Source: Octopus vulgaris
Taxonomy: Eukaryota
Direction: 5' to 3'
Assembly: GCA_951406725.2 (NCBI GenBank)
Contig: OX597823.1
Location: forward strand, 4,650,001 to 4,714,000
Length of the DNA stretch: 64,000 nucleotides
Shown: in pieces, positions 50,601-62,690 of the stretch
Layout: every line of letters starts with the position of its first letter
Position numbering within the stretch: position 1 is the stretch's first letter
Position numbers and translations under genes: made by a program
Notes under the pieces: generated by a model
Told to the model about the DNA's origin: nothing
What the model saw: the letters and a program-made list of their open reading frames with translations, nothing else
The model's database searches: none

Positions 50601-53600
50601 CACTAAAAGGCAGTGCTCCAGCGTGGCCACAGTCAAATGACTGAAACAAATAAAAGACTATTATTATTATCATCATTCAGTAGTCTTATTTTTATCAGGT
50701 GCTTTCAGCCAGGAGGCTGCACCAGGCTCCAACCTGATCTGGCAGTGTTTCTATGGCTGGATGCCCTTCCTAACGCCAACCACTCCGAGAGTGTAGTGAG
50801 TGCTTTTTACGTGCCACCAGCACAAGTGCCAGGGGAGGCTGGCAACGTCCACGATCGGTTGGTGCTTTTTATGTGCCACCAGCACGGAAGCCAGTCATGA
50901 ATAGATAATTAAAAGATTGGTCATCAATGTCTTCTTTAGCAGAGCTGTGAGGACCATTGAGAACATTAGATAGTATTATCACGTTCCCAATGAAGAGCTG
51001 CATGCATGCATCAGTCCACAGATTTCCACCTCACAGCCATCTGCTGGTACAGACATGTCCTCTTCCTCCCATCAGATCACCCTTCTGGGACCTTATATTC
51101 ATCTGACGCAGTAGCTGCGGGCTTAAAGAAGCCTCATGGCATTCTGGATGGCTGAACATGATTAAGGAAGATCTCCAGAGGCTTGGCATCATCTTGGAAG
51201 ATGCTGAGTGTCTAGCCCAGGAGCACCAGCGGTGGGAGGCACAGGTGGACCTGGTTGGTTCTACACACAATCATGCCTCTGGGACCGTTAACCTGAGATA
51301 ACCTTAGCCCCGTCAAGCAAGAGTATGAGTGAGTGAGTGAGTGAGATCATCATTATCATTCTCATTATATCTTTGCTATTTTGTTTTCAGTGACATCCCA
51401 AAGCAATTGTTTTCGCGACCACAGACGACATATAGACCAAGAAAGTTTAGGTGAGAAAGCATTCACCTTTTTGTTACCATTTTTCTGTGGAAATTGGCTG
51501 CCTTTGTTTCAATTAATTTTTAAAATAAAGAATTTAGTAAAATTCAATAAAAGCATTTATTAAGCTGGTCTTTGGAACATAACAGAAAATTTTGATGGAG
51601 GGCTTTAATCCAACCCCTTTGATTCCATATTTCGGTTGGAATATGTTGCCTTCCTTTAATTAATTTTGAAAATAGTGAATTTAGTAAAGTAACTTTGTCA
51701 CCATATCTGTGCCTGTATAATTAAGAAACAAAAAAAACATCACTGTATCTTTTCAGTTAATATTGATTTCCTGTTTGTGTTTCAGCAGCAAGCTACAAAT
51801 TTGATGACAGTGACGAAGAAATTGAAAGTGCCTCACAAGTGTCTGTTCCCATCAATGTTAGTCTGAATTTCATTCCCAGTTACCCTCTCCATTGCATTTA
51901 TGTCTAATGTTGATGCTTAGTCAATTGTTTTTGCTCTCTTGTATATCTTTGAATAGTTATTTCTAATTTCATCACTACCATCGTCATCATCATCATGATC
52001 ACCACCACCATCATCATAAAAAATATAGCTTAAATACTATGTGGTGTATGTGAGAGATTCGAAATAAGGACACCTACCTTCTCTTTGCTTGACGGAGACT
52101 TCTCAGTGGTAATGGACCTTTCAATGCAGCCCGACCCGAATACTAGAAATAGCAGCTGCTTCTTCCCTACCTTAACAACGTGCTCATGCATCTGACTCCT
52201 TCGGCTAACTCGATCGAAAAGGCGTCACTCCTATCCCTTCCTCTTATGGTCAGCCCCAAGTTCCCCTCAGCTCCCCAGCTGCTGACGTCATCCCACATAC
52301 TAAATAAAATAAGACAAGAAAAATATAGGACAGAACTCATGAAAGTTTGGTTGAAATGCTTAGAGCTGAAGAACTGGCATCACCAACATCATTTGATGCC
52401 AGAATGGATTGCAAGTTTTGAGAAGATCCAAGTGTTAGGATGACTGTGTCTTGCTCCAGTGTCACATTTATGTTATGATTCTTATGGCTGGATGCTCTTC
52501 CTAATGCCACCCTCTTTACAGAGTGTACCAGGGGCTTTTTTTACATGATACTGGCACGAATTTGGTCGCCATGTAACTCACAAAGCTAAAGTAGGATAGG
52601 AGAGATGGGGATCACTTTAAGCAAAGTGTAGAGAGCTTGATGTATGATAGGGGATCATCATCATCACCATTTTAACATCTGTATCTATGCAGACGAGGTA
52701 AGAAAAGTGAGAAAATATATGTTTATTCCATTTGTTGACAGCTGTTTCGTAATCTCTATTAGTTACATAATATATCATCTGCCTTATACACACCCATAAA
52801 TATAATTGTGCTGTAACATAATGAAAAGACTAACATTTCATGGCAAGTGAAACATGAGACACTGCTATAAATTAACAAGTTGTTTCATTATGTAGTAATA
52901 GAAAATAGATGTGTTTGGCAAGACTTACCCTTTACAAATGACCATTTATGAAGTGTGTTAAGAAATGTAGGAATAAGTCAATAAATATAAATTCAAGAAA
53001 ATATGCAGTAAAATCAAAAGCTGAAAGAATAAAATAAAATCAATGACACAAGATGATCATAAAGATTTACCAAAAATTAGGCTGATGTATGAATATGTAA
53101 ATCAGCAGAATCACATATACTGTTTTTAGATGTATATAAATGATTTATTGAAATCTGTTCACTTTTTCAGAGAAGATATCACTGGAACTCTCCTGATTCT
53201 GAAGGTAGGTTTTTGCAGTGCAGAAAATTCTGTTTCTCATTATTTTCTATATATTGAAATTGATGGAGCATTAGAAAAAAAAAAAGACTTTGCAATATTT
53301 ATTCTGGCTTATTAGGTTGTAAGTTCAAACCCCACTGAGGTTAATTATGCCTCTCATTCCTCTGGGACTGATAAAATATAATATTTGTCAAGACAAGAAG
53401 GCACAAATGTACATATATATTGGAATCGAAATTGAACCAATCCTATGACTGGCACCCGGCAGTTGCCAGGACCACTGGACTGACCCCTGTGCAGGTGGCA
53501 AGTGAAGAAACATCATTTTGACCCTGTGCTTGAGGAGATCCATTGAGTCAAGTACACCAACATCAAAATTAATGGAAACTGCAGTTGTGATCCCTGTGCC

Positions 53601-56600
53601 GGTGGCACGTAAAATGCACCAATCCGATCGTGGCCGTTACCAGCCTCGCCTGGCACCTGTGCCAGTGACACGTAAAAAGCACCCACTACACTCACGGAGT
53701 GGTTGGCATTAGGAAGGGCATCCAGCTGTAGAAACATTACCAGATCAGACTGGAGCCTGGTGCAGCCTTCTGGCTTCCCAGATCCCCGGTCGAACTGTCC
53801 AACCCATGCTAGCATGGAGAACGATGATGATGATGATGATATATGCATACATACATTCATATATGTACAACGAGGCTTTGTGTTTTCATCCAGAATGGAG
53901 ACAAACACCATTCTTCTATGTGATTGACTTGAAAAATCATTAAGATATTAAGGTATTTTTATTAACATGAAACCAATGGTAGCCTTAATACACAAATAAA
54001 GACAATCTATCCACCAGTGAGCACTCATTCTCGTCATTCAACATTTACATATGTATGTATACATATATATATATATATAAAGGATAGGCTTCTTTCAATT
54101 TCTGTTGTCTACCAAATGCACTCACAAAGCTTTGGTCAGCCCAGGTTGATAGAAACTATTTGTCTAAAGTGTCATGCGATGGGACTGAACCCAAGACCAT
54201 ATGGCTAGGAAGAAAGCTTCTTCACAACACAGCCACGCTTGCACTTAAATTTAGCATTCTTCAGCCAGGAATCAAACCTGGCCACCTGAGTGAATGCCTG
54301 AAATCTTAATCACTTTATCAAATTTGTATATTAATTACCCAAACAACAATGGATACTGATATGTTAAGATGTTTATTTATCCTTTCAGAAGACTATATCC
54401 ACAGCCCCAGCTCAAAACCTTATGTGGATAACCAATTCATGAGTAAATCTCTCAATGGGTGAGTAAGGGAATCAGTGTATGTTTATTGTTAAAAGGGAAT
54501 AGTGAAGAGGGCCCAATATGATAAACATCCTTTCATAGTTACAAGGACAAAGTGCACTATACTAGCCTGGAATTGATGTGCTTGACTAAAGCCAGTATGG
54601 CCACAATCCAATAACTGGCAAAGGATTAAATGAAGAATACTTATATCATAATTCATTTTAAGTAATATTTCTCAATCTTACAAATAATGAAATCTTGTAC
54701 TTTAAGTAGATTATGTCTGATTTCATTTCTTAATCTATCAGTCAATTGTTTTATGATTAACTCCTTTATTAACATATTTCATGGTGAAATATACAGCTTT
54801 TTTCAATTAATGTTGAAACTATTGAAGAATTTAGTAAAATAACTGCTGTTTGGAACATATATTAACGTGAAATTTTGATCCAGGGGTAATGTGAAGTGGG
54901 TTGGTATTGGAAGGGTTAATGTAAATTTTATATCTTTGATTTCATTCCATAGTTTGAAGTGTGACACAAAAGATAGGTAGAATCTGTTGCATCAATATAT
55001 AGATGTTAAGAAAAATAGAAATGTGAATAATGTAAATTTATTTTTGATATATTAGCCTTCAAATTTCTCAAAATTACATGGCTGATAACTCATCATACCC
55101 GAAACCAAACTCTAGCGTCCCTTTACCAGCAACAAGCCCCTTGACTTTATTCTCCAAGAAATCAAAGAAGCATGAGGTAAGTCCTTGTCTGCTGTTGATT
55201 TATACAACTGCACTTAATAATACAATACCCGATACCTAAAACAGGGCTTCTCAAAGTTTTAGAACTATCACTGCTTTCCTTTTACAAAATTCCCTTTGCT
55301 GTGATTCAATGGTCCCCATCTACTATTTTTACAAATATGAGGCCAGAGTAATTCAAGCAAGTAGGAGTCTGACACGAGTGTCTACTTATCACAACACTAC
55401 CCTACTATAAGTAAATACTATAGGTATAAAAATGTTATCATCATAAAGTTCGCTTTTCCATGCATGTGCCAGGTTGGAGAGACCTTCTACAGCTGGGTGC
55501 TCTTCCCGTTTGCCAACTCTCCCCTATTTCTACATCACATAATTCCCCATGGCCTGACAGGTTTTCAAGGAAGATGGGAAACACCACTTATATGAGGCTT
55601 GTCTTACAACTCGTATGCCATGTCACAGAAACAGACACACACAAATTCTTTTTCTTGTTTCAGTCATTTGACTGTGGTCATGTTGCAACACCGTCTTTAG
55701 TCAAGCAAATCGACCGCAGGACTTATTCTTTGTAAGCCTAGTATTTATTCTATCGGTCTCTTTTGCCAAACCGCTAAGTTACGGGGACGTAAACACACCA
55801 ACATCGGTTGTCAAGCGATGGTGGGGGAACAAACACAGATACACATATAAATATATATATAAGACAGGCTTCTTTCAGTTTCCGTCTACCAAATCCACTC
55901 ACAAGGCTTTGGTTGGCCTGAGGCTACAGTAGAAGACACTTGGCAAAGTTGAACCTGGAACCATGTGGTTGGGAAGCGAGCTTCTTACCACACAGCCACT
56001 CCTGCACCTCTGATAGGCATTTTTCTTCACTTGCAAGGCTTTGGTTAATCTGGAGTTTGGCTTTTATACATTTACTCATTCACATGTCAAAGTCCACGAT
56101 TATTGTTGATTGTGGCAAAGTAGTTTATATTAAGTTTTTTTTTTGAAGTTCTTGTACAAGACAAACATTAAAAAAACAAAAAAACTGTGCAAATACATCC
56201 ATCACCCTCTTTGCTCCCTGTATCCATATCCTTGCTGCTAATATAGAGAGGATGGTTTTTGTTGCGAATTGAAATACTGTTTGTTTTTAACTAAGCACTG
56301 AACTGATATAAGAATGGAACATATTGCCTTTCAGGTTGTTTGAGCCATGCAAATATTGGGTTGTCCGGAAAGTACGTGCCGATTTTTAAAGAAAGAAAAA
56401 GGTCAATAAATACTTGCCATTACATTTTTAATCAACCAAATATGAACCATTTTGTTGCACAATGCGTCTCCATCTTTCCTTTAACTTGAAAATACCCTCT
56501 TCCCAGAATTGAGGTGGTTTCATGGCAAAGAATTCATCAAAGTATCTTTTTACGTCATCCAAGGAATTGAAATTTTTACCATTAAGACTATTCTGCAGAG

Positions 56601-58303
56601 ACCTGAATAAGTGGAAATCCGAAGGAGCAATATCTGGTGAATATGGAGGGTAGGGTAACACATTCCAGCCAAACTGCAGCAAATTTTATCTGGTTCCCAA
56701 AGCATTAAGTGCCAAAAATAAACTGTCTTATCTTCCATTTTAAAGGGTTACAGAATTAACACAGGTTATAGGAACATAAACCTTCTTCCACGAAAAGATA
56801 GCTTAAACTGTGCTCTAGATGGAGATGTAGTCAAATCCCATTTTATGGACTCAACCGTGTTCTAAAATAAGTCGAAAGGTAAGCTACTATAAATCGGCAT
56901 GAACTTTCCGGACAACCCAATACTTTCAGAATCTAACTGGATATTTTGTCTTAATTGTTAGCCCTATCAGGAAGACTCACAACATAGTTTGAACAGAGAA
57001 CAATTGCAGAAACTAAAGACTACCAGCTATGGTTGGCATGTTGCTGAATCAGACACAAGTATCTTATCTTCACACACTAACAGTAAGTAATAATGTTTGT
57101 CCAAAATTGTGTAATGCTGAGACTTTAAAAAAAACAAAATTGCTCCCTTCTGTTTGACTAACCTTATTGTGACCACCCTGCCTGCTTCTTACAATTCCAC
57201 AAAATAAAAATACATCATGGAAAGATTGCTGCTTTCAGGTTGATCACCATTAAAAGATTTGTACATAAATCATCATTGTTTTAATTAATCTAAATCTTTT
57301 GTTTCAGTCATTAGACTGTGGCACCACCTTGAAGAATTGTTAGTTGAATGTACTCCAGGATTGAATTTTTCTAAAAGCCTCGTACTTATTCTATTCATCT
57401 CTTTGGCTGAACTACTAAGATACAAACACATCAGCACAAGTTGTATGAGGAACAATCACAGACATATATACACACACGAAGGCTTCTTTTAGTCTCCATC
57501 TACCAAATCCACACACAAGGGCTTGGTCAGCATGAAGCTATAGTAGAAAACACTTCCCCATAGTTGCAGTTGTGGATTTCCTATTGCCAGATGCCCTTCC
57601 CGTTACCAAGCAAGATAGGATTTCCCCCACGGCCATATTTTTGCAGATGACTAGAAATGAAGGACACACACAAGAGGGGAGGTTGCTTTCAGTTTCTCTC
57701 TATCCAATTCACTCACAAGGCTCTGGCAGATGAGTTATGCAGTTGGACTGAACCTGAGGCATGAACATTACCATATGTTCCACCCACATTATCTTGTACC
57801 TTTGAGATTTCTATGAAGTATATTTTTACAATAACATTTTAAGGCAGGTGTGAAAAGCCCAATCTGGTCTGTTTGAATACTAAAGGAAGTCACTTCCAAC
57901 CATGTGGTTGCATGTTCAGCCCTGCTTCAATACACTGAAGCAGAGGAGATTCCTGTTCCATATCTTTGTGTTTGCTGATTGTAAACAATGGCCTCACTGT
58001 TCATGTGGTGGAAGGTATTTACTCAGACCACTGGTAAAAAGCATGCCTGGCCCTAATATGTTGCACAATCTTTGTAGACACAGAGTTCATTTGTTCAGTG
58101 CTTCTTGTAGTTCTCCACACAACCATGTCCAGGCCAAGATTTTGCTGTGGAATCCTGAAATGTGTACATCCAGTCAATGCAGTCTTTTATACATCGACTA
58201 TAAGGATATAAACAGTAGAAGCACATTTTCATATTTTTACCCTTTTTGTTTTGAACTGTAAAACACATTTAAAAGAAGTTCTGTCTTTATTCCAGGATTC
58301 TAA
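30478..58303 (+). CDS. C8orf34: C8orf34-like protein with N-terminal RIIa/Dpy-30-type dimerisation/docking domain (~565 aa)
   Basis: Phase-consistent GT-AG exons: 30478-30534, 33365-33460, 35431-35479, 36590-36658, 38865-39002, 39889-39961, 40033-40273, 41898-42079, 43841-43983, 46231-46298, 48586-48629, 49630-49661, 51391-51450, 51786-51856, 53171-53204, 54389-54458, 54953-54976, 55056-55176, 56962(or 56971)-57082, tentative last exon from 58296. N-terminus [41 protein letters not shown] is a docking-domain motif. [24 protein letters not shown] resembles, from memory, human C8orf34 DDAMELLEDLNDLRMEGV..KVTLNI. The 39889-40273 region and the terminal exon are uncertain. AATAAA near 58413. Confidence 0.8.
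32808..33075. mobile_element. hAT (Charlie-like) MITE
   Basis: TIR CAGTGGTTCCCAAA / TTTGGTAACCACTG with a perfect 8-bp TSD GTTTAGAG (32800-07 and 33076-83). Confidence 0.9.
33655..33960 (+). mobile_element. RTE LINE ORF fragment (frameshifted)
   Basis: [27 protein letters not shown] then ..[28 protein letters not shown] in a second frame. Confidence 0.85.
34363..34535. repeat. (CT)n-rich microsatellite/minisatellite
   Basis: Pyrimidine tract with repeated tctctctgtctctcctctcctttg units; it produces the spurious 326-aa ORF 33937-34917. Confidence 0.9.
35695..35913. mobile_element. piggyBac-like MITE
   Basis: TTAA|CTCTTTAGTGTTCA..TGAATACTAAAGGG|TTAA. A related decayed copy lies near 57780-57890. 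Confidence 0.7.
37006..37106 (+). pseudogene. RNU6: Degenerate U6 snRNA retrocopy
   Basis: gctacagcagtacatattctaaaattggaacaatccagagaagattagcatggcccctgc..aaattcgtgaagcgttccatatattt aligns with U6 over nearly its full length. The ACAGAGA box is mutated to CCAGAGA, the 5' end is replaced by SINE sequence, and there is no PSE/TATA upstream. Confidence 0.9.
41275..41358. repeat. 20-bp perfect inverted repeat
   Basis: ttcatttagagatagtaggc / gcctactatctctaaatgaa. Confidence 0.85.
41733..41825 (+). ncRNA. Type I hammerhead ribozyme (Penelope-type, palindromic minimal stem III)
   Basis: taattgg-CTGATGA(41740-46)-gtact..loop..agtac-GAAA(41806-09)-c gatc g-TA-ccaaatta. All conserved core nucleotides are present, stems I, II and III pair, and the cleavage triplet GUA ends at 41817. 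Confidence 0.8.
44762..45460 (+). mobile_element. Three near-tandem copies of the same AT-rich piggyBac-like family
   Basis: Repeated ttttaaagggatctaaat.aaaaccttccatc..ttattttcaaaattaattgaaa units beginning near 44765, 45025 and 45256. Confidence 0.6.
50985..51345 (+). mobile_element. 3' end of a second RTE-clade LINE with a (TGAG)n tail
   Basis: ..[29 protein letters not shown].. resembles an RTE C-terminus; ends in gagtgagtgagtgag. Confidence 0.6.
56356..56920 (-). mobile_element. Internally deleted mariner (DD34D) element
   Basis: ~30-bp TIRs ttgggttgtccggaaagt.. / ..actttccggacaacccaa with TA on both sides. Residual ORF 56682-56428 carries [37 protein letters not shown], the mariner transposase C-terminus. 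Confidence 0.95.
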
Positions 58304-58708
58304 TTACTCATACCGGCCCATTTAAGGAAACCAAGCGAGCACCATGTATTTTTGAAAATGCACGAACTACAAGCACAATCACTCCACTCTGCACATGTAC
58401 AACATGATTTGGAAATAAAAATTACAAATATTTCTTCAGCTTTTAAATTACTATCTAATGCAATGCCTATATATTCACTGTTTAGAATTAATCATACATA
58501 AGTTGGCCAGATAAAGCTGGTTTAAATGCTGATGGGTTAAACTATTTACGTAATCAAATAGTCACAGGTGCAATGATGCCTCTAACATGTGACAAAAAAT
58601 GAGAAAGATAACATCAACTGATACAAGAGTACAACGAATCATTGTGACCAACGAAGACAACAAAAACTCATGTGCTTAATTACACAATTTATTGATGCAA
58701 TTTACAGA

Positions 58709-61700
58709 TTATGATACACTCTGTTGCTCTGTAGGAACATTGCGGATGATATCAGAATCACCTGAAAAGAGAAATGGAAAAGAAAAATATTAAATTTTAG
58801 CAAATTAGATTTACAATAGCATAAAGCAAACAAGCATCAGTCTATACGAATTTACAAAGCCATCCACAATCACTAGAATAAGACAGGAGTTTATTTACCT
58901 GGGTCAGTGATACTCAGTGTACACACTCGGAAATACTTTCCACAAGCTGTTCCAAGATCAATATTGCTGCCGTTGTAATGGTGAACACCAGTCTTAGCCA
59001 ACATGGCGTAGTACTCAATCTCACTTTTCCTGCAAGAGAAAACACCTTCAGCATCAGATTTACAACTCCATACAATTATCAAAAACACCTTTATCTAAAT
59101 AACCAAACTAACAATAACTCACAAAAGCCCACTTTTATGCAGCCAATTTAATGAAAGTAACACTAGTTCAAAGGATTGCAATACCATTATTAAACCACCT
59201 GTCAAAGAATTAAAAATACCAGATCTTCATGCTGATGGCACTTTACTCTTATAATACCATCATCAGACTTTCTACAGAAGACTGCAAATGAACATGTGAT
59301 GTCAAGGAGACATCAACACACAAACCTGTAATGGGCCACAGACTCAAAGAGCACATGGTTAGGAAGCAAGCTTAGCTACACTTACACATTGGTACTTCAA
59401 TATCAACACAATTTAATAACCTGGTGATGGTTTAACAATGAAACAATCAAATACTGTGTACATTTAGAGCTCCGTCTCTAAAAATACCTCTACAAACGTT
59501 TTGTAATACTTTTCAGCTGGATCAGAATCAGTCTCTCTCATTTGCCACTAATTTACAATGGGAGAAAACCTATTAACCTTTTAATGTGTAGCAAATGCTG
59601 CTGGTCATTGTAGAGGACAGGAGCAATTCATGCCAGCTTCTGTACAACACCCCATCGTAGATTCAATAAAACCAAACCAGTGTACTTGATGCAACTAGCG
59701 ATTTTCTCTTTAAAAAGAAATTAAACATAAGGTGAAAAGAAAAAAAATGGCTTCATCGTTGCTCTTGCCAGGCTCCGAAGCCAGACACAAAAAAAAAAAA
59801 AAAACGCACAAAATTTCAATACTTAGAATCCCAAAGAAACATAAAATACCAGTACATTTTTTTGGTACTATCTAAAAAGAGTGGTCCCGGTGTGCGCACT
59901 CATGACTAGTCGATCCTACAACGACTACCTATCCTATAAATGTTCATACAAATTCAGTTGAAAGTTATCAGACAAATGTTTGGTACCCCCACCATAACCT
60001 AGATGGGTTATTTTAAAACAAAATAATGTTTTTAAAATAAAGTAAATATTTTTTTAAAAACAAAGTAAATAATTTTCCTTCTAAATCATGTAAATTTTTT
60101 GAAAACAAAATAAATAAAAATAACACACTACCCGTTTTAACCCTAACTTTCAACAGAATTTGTATACACATTTGTTATAGGATAGGTAGTTGCAGGATCG
60201 ACTAATCACGACTAGGTAGCACGGGTGCATGAGTATGTGCACCGGGACCACTCTTCTTAAATAGTACCTTTTTTTTCCGACATCACCCACAAAGTTATTA
60301 ATATATACACGTATTAACAATTACAGAAAATTAAATTTGGAACTCAAACACACAACCTCACATCTGCAAATTCACAGCTTTACTGAAGAGGATGGCACTC
60401 TTTAGTTATTACTCTGCATTGCATGACATCCCTATCAGGCGTCCCTGTAGGGTTAGTAAACATTAATGATGCCACTGGTACTCCGAGGGGGTTAAACCGA
60501 AGCAAGGAAGAAATTGCGTAAGGATACATCTGAGCCTATATCCATTTGTTCCAAAACATATACTATAATCACTTCCAGTGTAGGCACAAAGTCAGTAATT
60601 ATGTGGAGAGATGTATATGACACAGTTTAACAATATCTGAGGGATGAAAGGCAAACCTGACCCCTCAGAACAATGCCTCAAGGTATATTCCCCTGTCTTA
60701 ATGATTGCCATCCCAGTTCACTGCAAAGTAACACCACGAGAAAACACGAAGCACACATGCAGAGAAACTTTGTGAATAGCTCAGTAAGTTTGCAGACTCA
60801 TTCAATCCCATTTAAATCTCTTAAAAACAAACTGCATTTCTACAGAAACAAAACATTTCACATACCTTAAAGGAGGAGTGTTATTGGCAATAATGACCAA
60901 TTTAGCCTTGCCCTGTCTGATAGTTTTCAGGGCTTGTTTGTAACCGAGCACATATTTACCACTCTTCATCACCAACGCCAACCTTGAGTTGATGTTCTCA
61001 ATGGCCTTTTTCTGAAGTAAAAGAAAATACCATGAAAAAGTTGAACAAAATCCACCATAAAAATTCTATCATCAAATATTTGAAATATAACAAATCCATA
61101 GAACAATTTATTTTTTACCAACCCACAGATGTTGTTTGCTGACCTTATCAATTGTTACTTATAATCTAGGCTCCTCAACTGGCTGGACTCGAGCGTCTCC
61201 CCACACGTCAATAGGGGATCAAACGCAACGGTCCTGGAGGGACAGTGGTACTTATGTACCAGACACTAAGCCATGTCTTTCTTGGCTAGGAAGGCGCTAG
61301 TAAGTCGTACATGAGTGATGAAAGCAAACGAAACCAACTGGCACCGAAGGGCAGACCATCATAGTATATACATTGTAACATTGTTATTATTCCAGACCAT
61401 TTCTGGGATCGGTATCAGGTTAGTTCAACAGCAAGGCTCCTTCCTTTTAATCTAGATTACGATTATATCGCAATCAAAAATCAAACCGATCAAAATGGAA
61501 ACTGTAGTTGTGGCCGATGCCAGTGCCGCCTAACTGGCTCTCGTGCTGGTGGCACCGTTGCCAGCCCACCCGCCCCGACTGGCTCTCGTACGGTGACACG
61601 TAAAAAGCGATCTCGGAGCGGTTGGCGTTAGGAAGGGCATCTAACTGTAGAAACATTGCCAGATCAGATTGGGGCCTGGCGATCCCTCCCTGGCTTGTCA

Positions 61701-62446
61701 GTCCCCAGTCAAACCGCCCAACCCATGCCAGCATGGAATACGGACGTTAAACGATGATGATATCGGAATTTGATGAGCGTCTGTAGGGGCGGCGCACAAA
61801 TACATACTGGCATATTACATAAAACTTGAAATGTTGAAAAAAATTGTAAAGCGTGGCAGCGTGTATGCACGTACGCCCACCTCCCAATTTCGATATAATC
61901 TTAGTCCACACCATTTGAAACGAATTACTGCAAAAAAAAATATATAATTTTTCCGAGTTATTGGAGTTAACAAGCAACTCTTTGCCAGATTCCCTCTCTC
62001 CGTGAGGTTGTAACAGCCGTTCCGACATTCCGCCGATCTCTCTACGTTAGTCTCCTCATTAGATGAGTGTAATTATAAGAAACAGTTACCAACTTTTCCA
62101 ATACACAAATGTAAGGCAAACAATTTTATATTAATACGAGTTAAAGACAAACAACGGGAAACTAATTCAACGAGAGAATCGTTGGTTGTGAGGCGAGCCA
62201 CGTGGTCGTGGAAGCATGTGCGTAATTAAGGGCGAGAAGAATTTACGGAAGAGAAGGGCAAAAAAATAAGGAATTCAGTTGTTTAACACCATGTTATAAG
62301 AATCGGATACCGTAATAAATAGTTAAAATAAGATCAAGAGGAATATCAAAGGGAAAATGCTTGTATTCGGTCTTCAGTATTAAAAGGCAGAAGATGGCGA
62401 TGGAGCGAGTTAAGAGGAAACTTACGGATTTCTTTGGAGGGACCAT
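58709..62446 (-). CDS. RPL30: 60S ribosomal protein L30 (eL30, 116 aa, 4 coding exons plus a non-coding exon 1)
   Basis: Exons 62446-62426 (MVPPKKS), 61011-60866 ([48 protein letters not shown]), 59029-58899 ([44 protein letters not shown]), 58761-58709 ([17 protein letters not shown]); 351 nt. Non-coding exon ~62626-62592 with a GTGAGT donor. AATAAA at 58693-58688. Confidence 0.97.
59584..59695 (-). ncRNA. Candidate intronic box H/ACA snoRNA in RPL30
   Basis: Sense to RPL30: hairpin with internal loop, H box ACAGAA, second hairpin (ggca..tgct..agca..tgct), ACA-cat; ~112 nt. Confidence 0.45.
59864..60268. mobile_element. Long-TIR MITE (Merlin-like GGTAC termini) in an RPL30 intron
   Basis: GGTACTAT..AGAGTGGTCCCGGTG / CACCGGGACCACTCT..ATAGTACC; arms over 100 bp; flanked by T-runs (probable TSD). 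Superfamily assignment is tentative. Confidence 0.75.
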
Positions 62447-62614
62447 GGCTATGGTTTCACTTCTACTCGATCTGATGGTGGATAAAAGAAATGAAAGATC
62501 AATTATCTATTTAATTAATTACAAAAACTGATAGGAAATCGAGGTTAATTAGTGGAAATTAAGGAGAAACAAACGAGAGAGAATGACTCACACGACTTGG
62601 GTAATGGACGTCAG

Positions 62615-62690
62615 TGCAGAGAAAGGACGAGGCGACGGAGTCTCGCGAGATTTACGCCTGACAAAGTCTCGCGCTAATCTCGCGTTAAAG
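62615..62690 (-). promoter_or_regulatory. RPL30 promoter: 5'TOP/TCT initiator plus TCTCGCGAGA palindrome and two partial copies
   Basis: Minus strand CCTTTCTCT at 62626-62618; perfect TCTCGCGAGA at 62641-62650; TCTCGCG at 62667 and 62678. Confidence 0.75.

Noticed and set aside
60440-60460. CTAACCCTA on the RPL30 sense strand as a telomerase RNA template
   Set aside because: The motif is partly buried in a local hairpin; no recognisable pseudoknot or CR4/5 domain follows.
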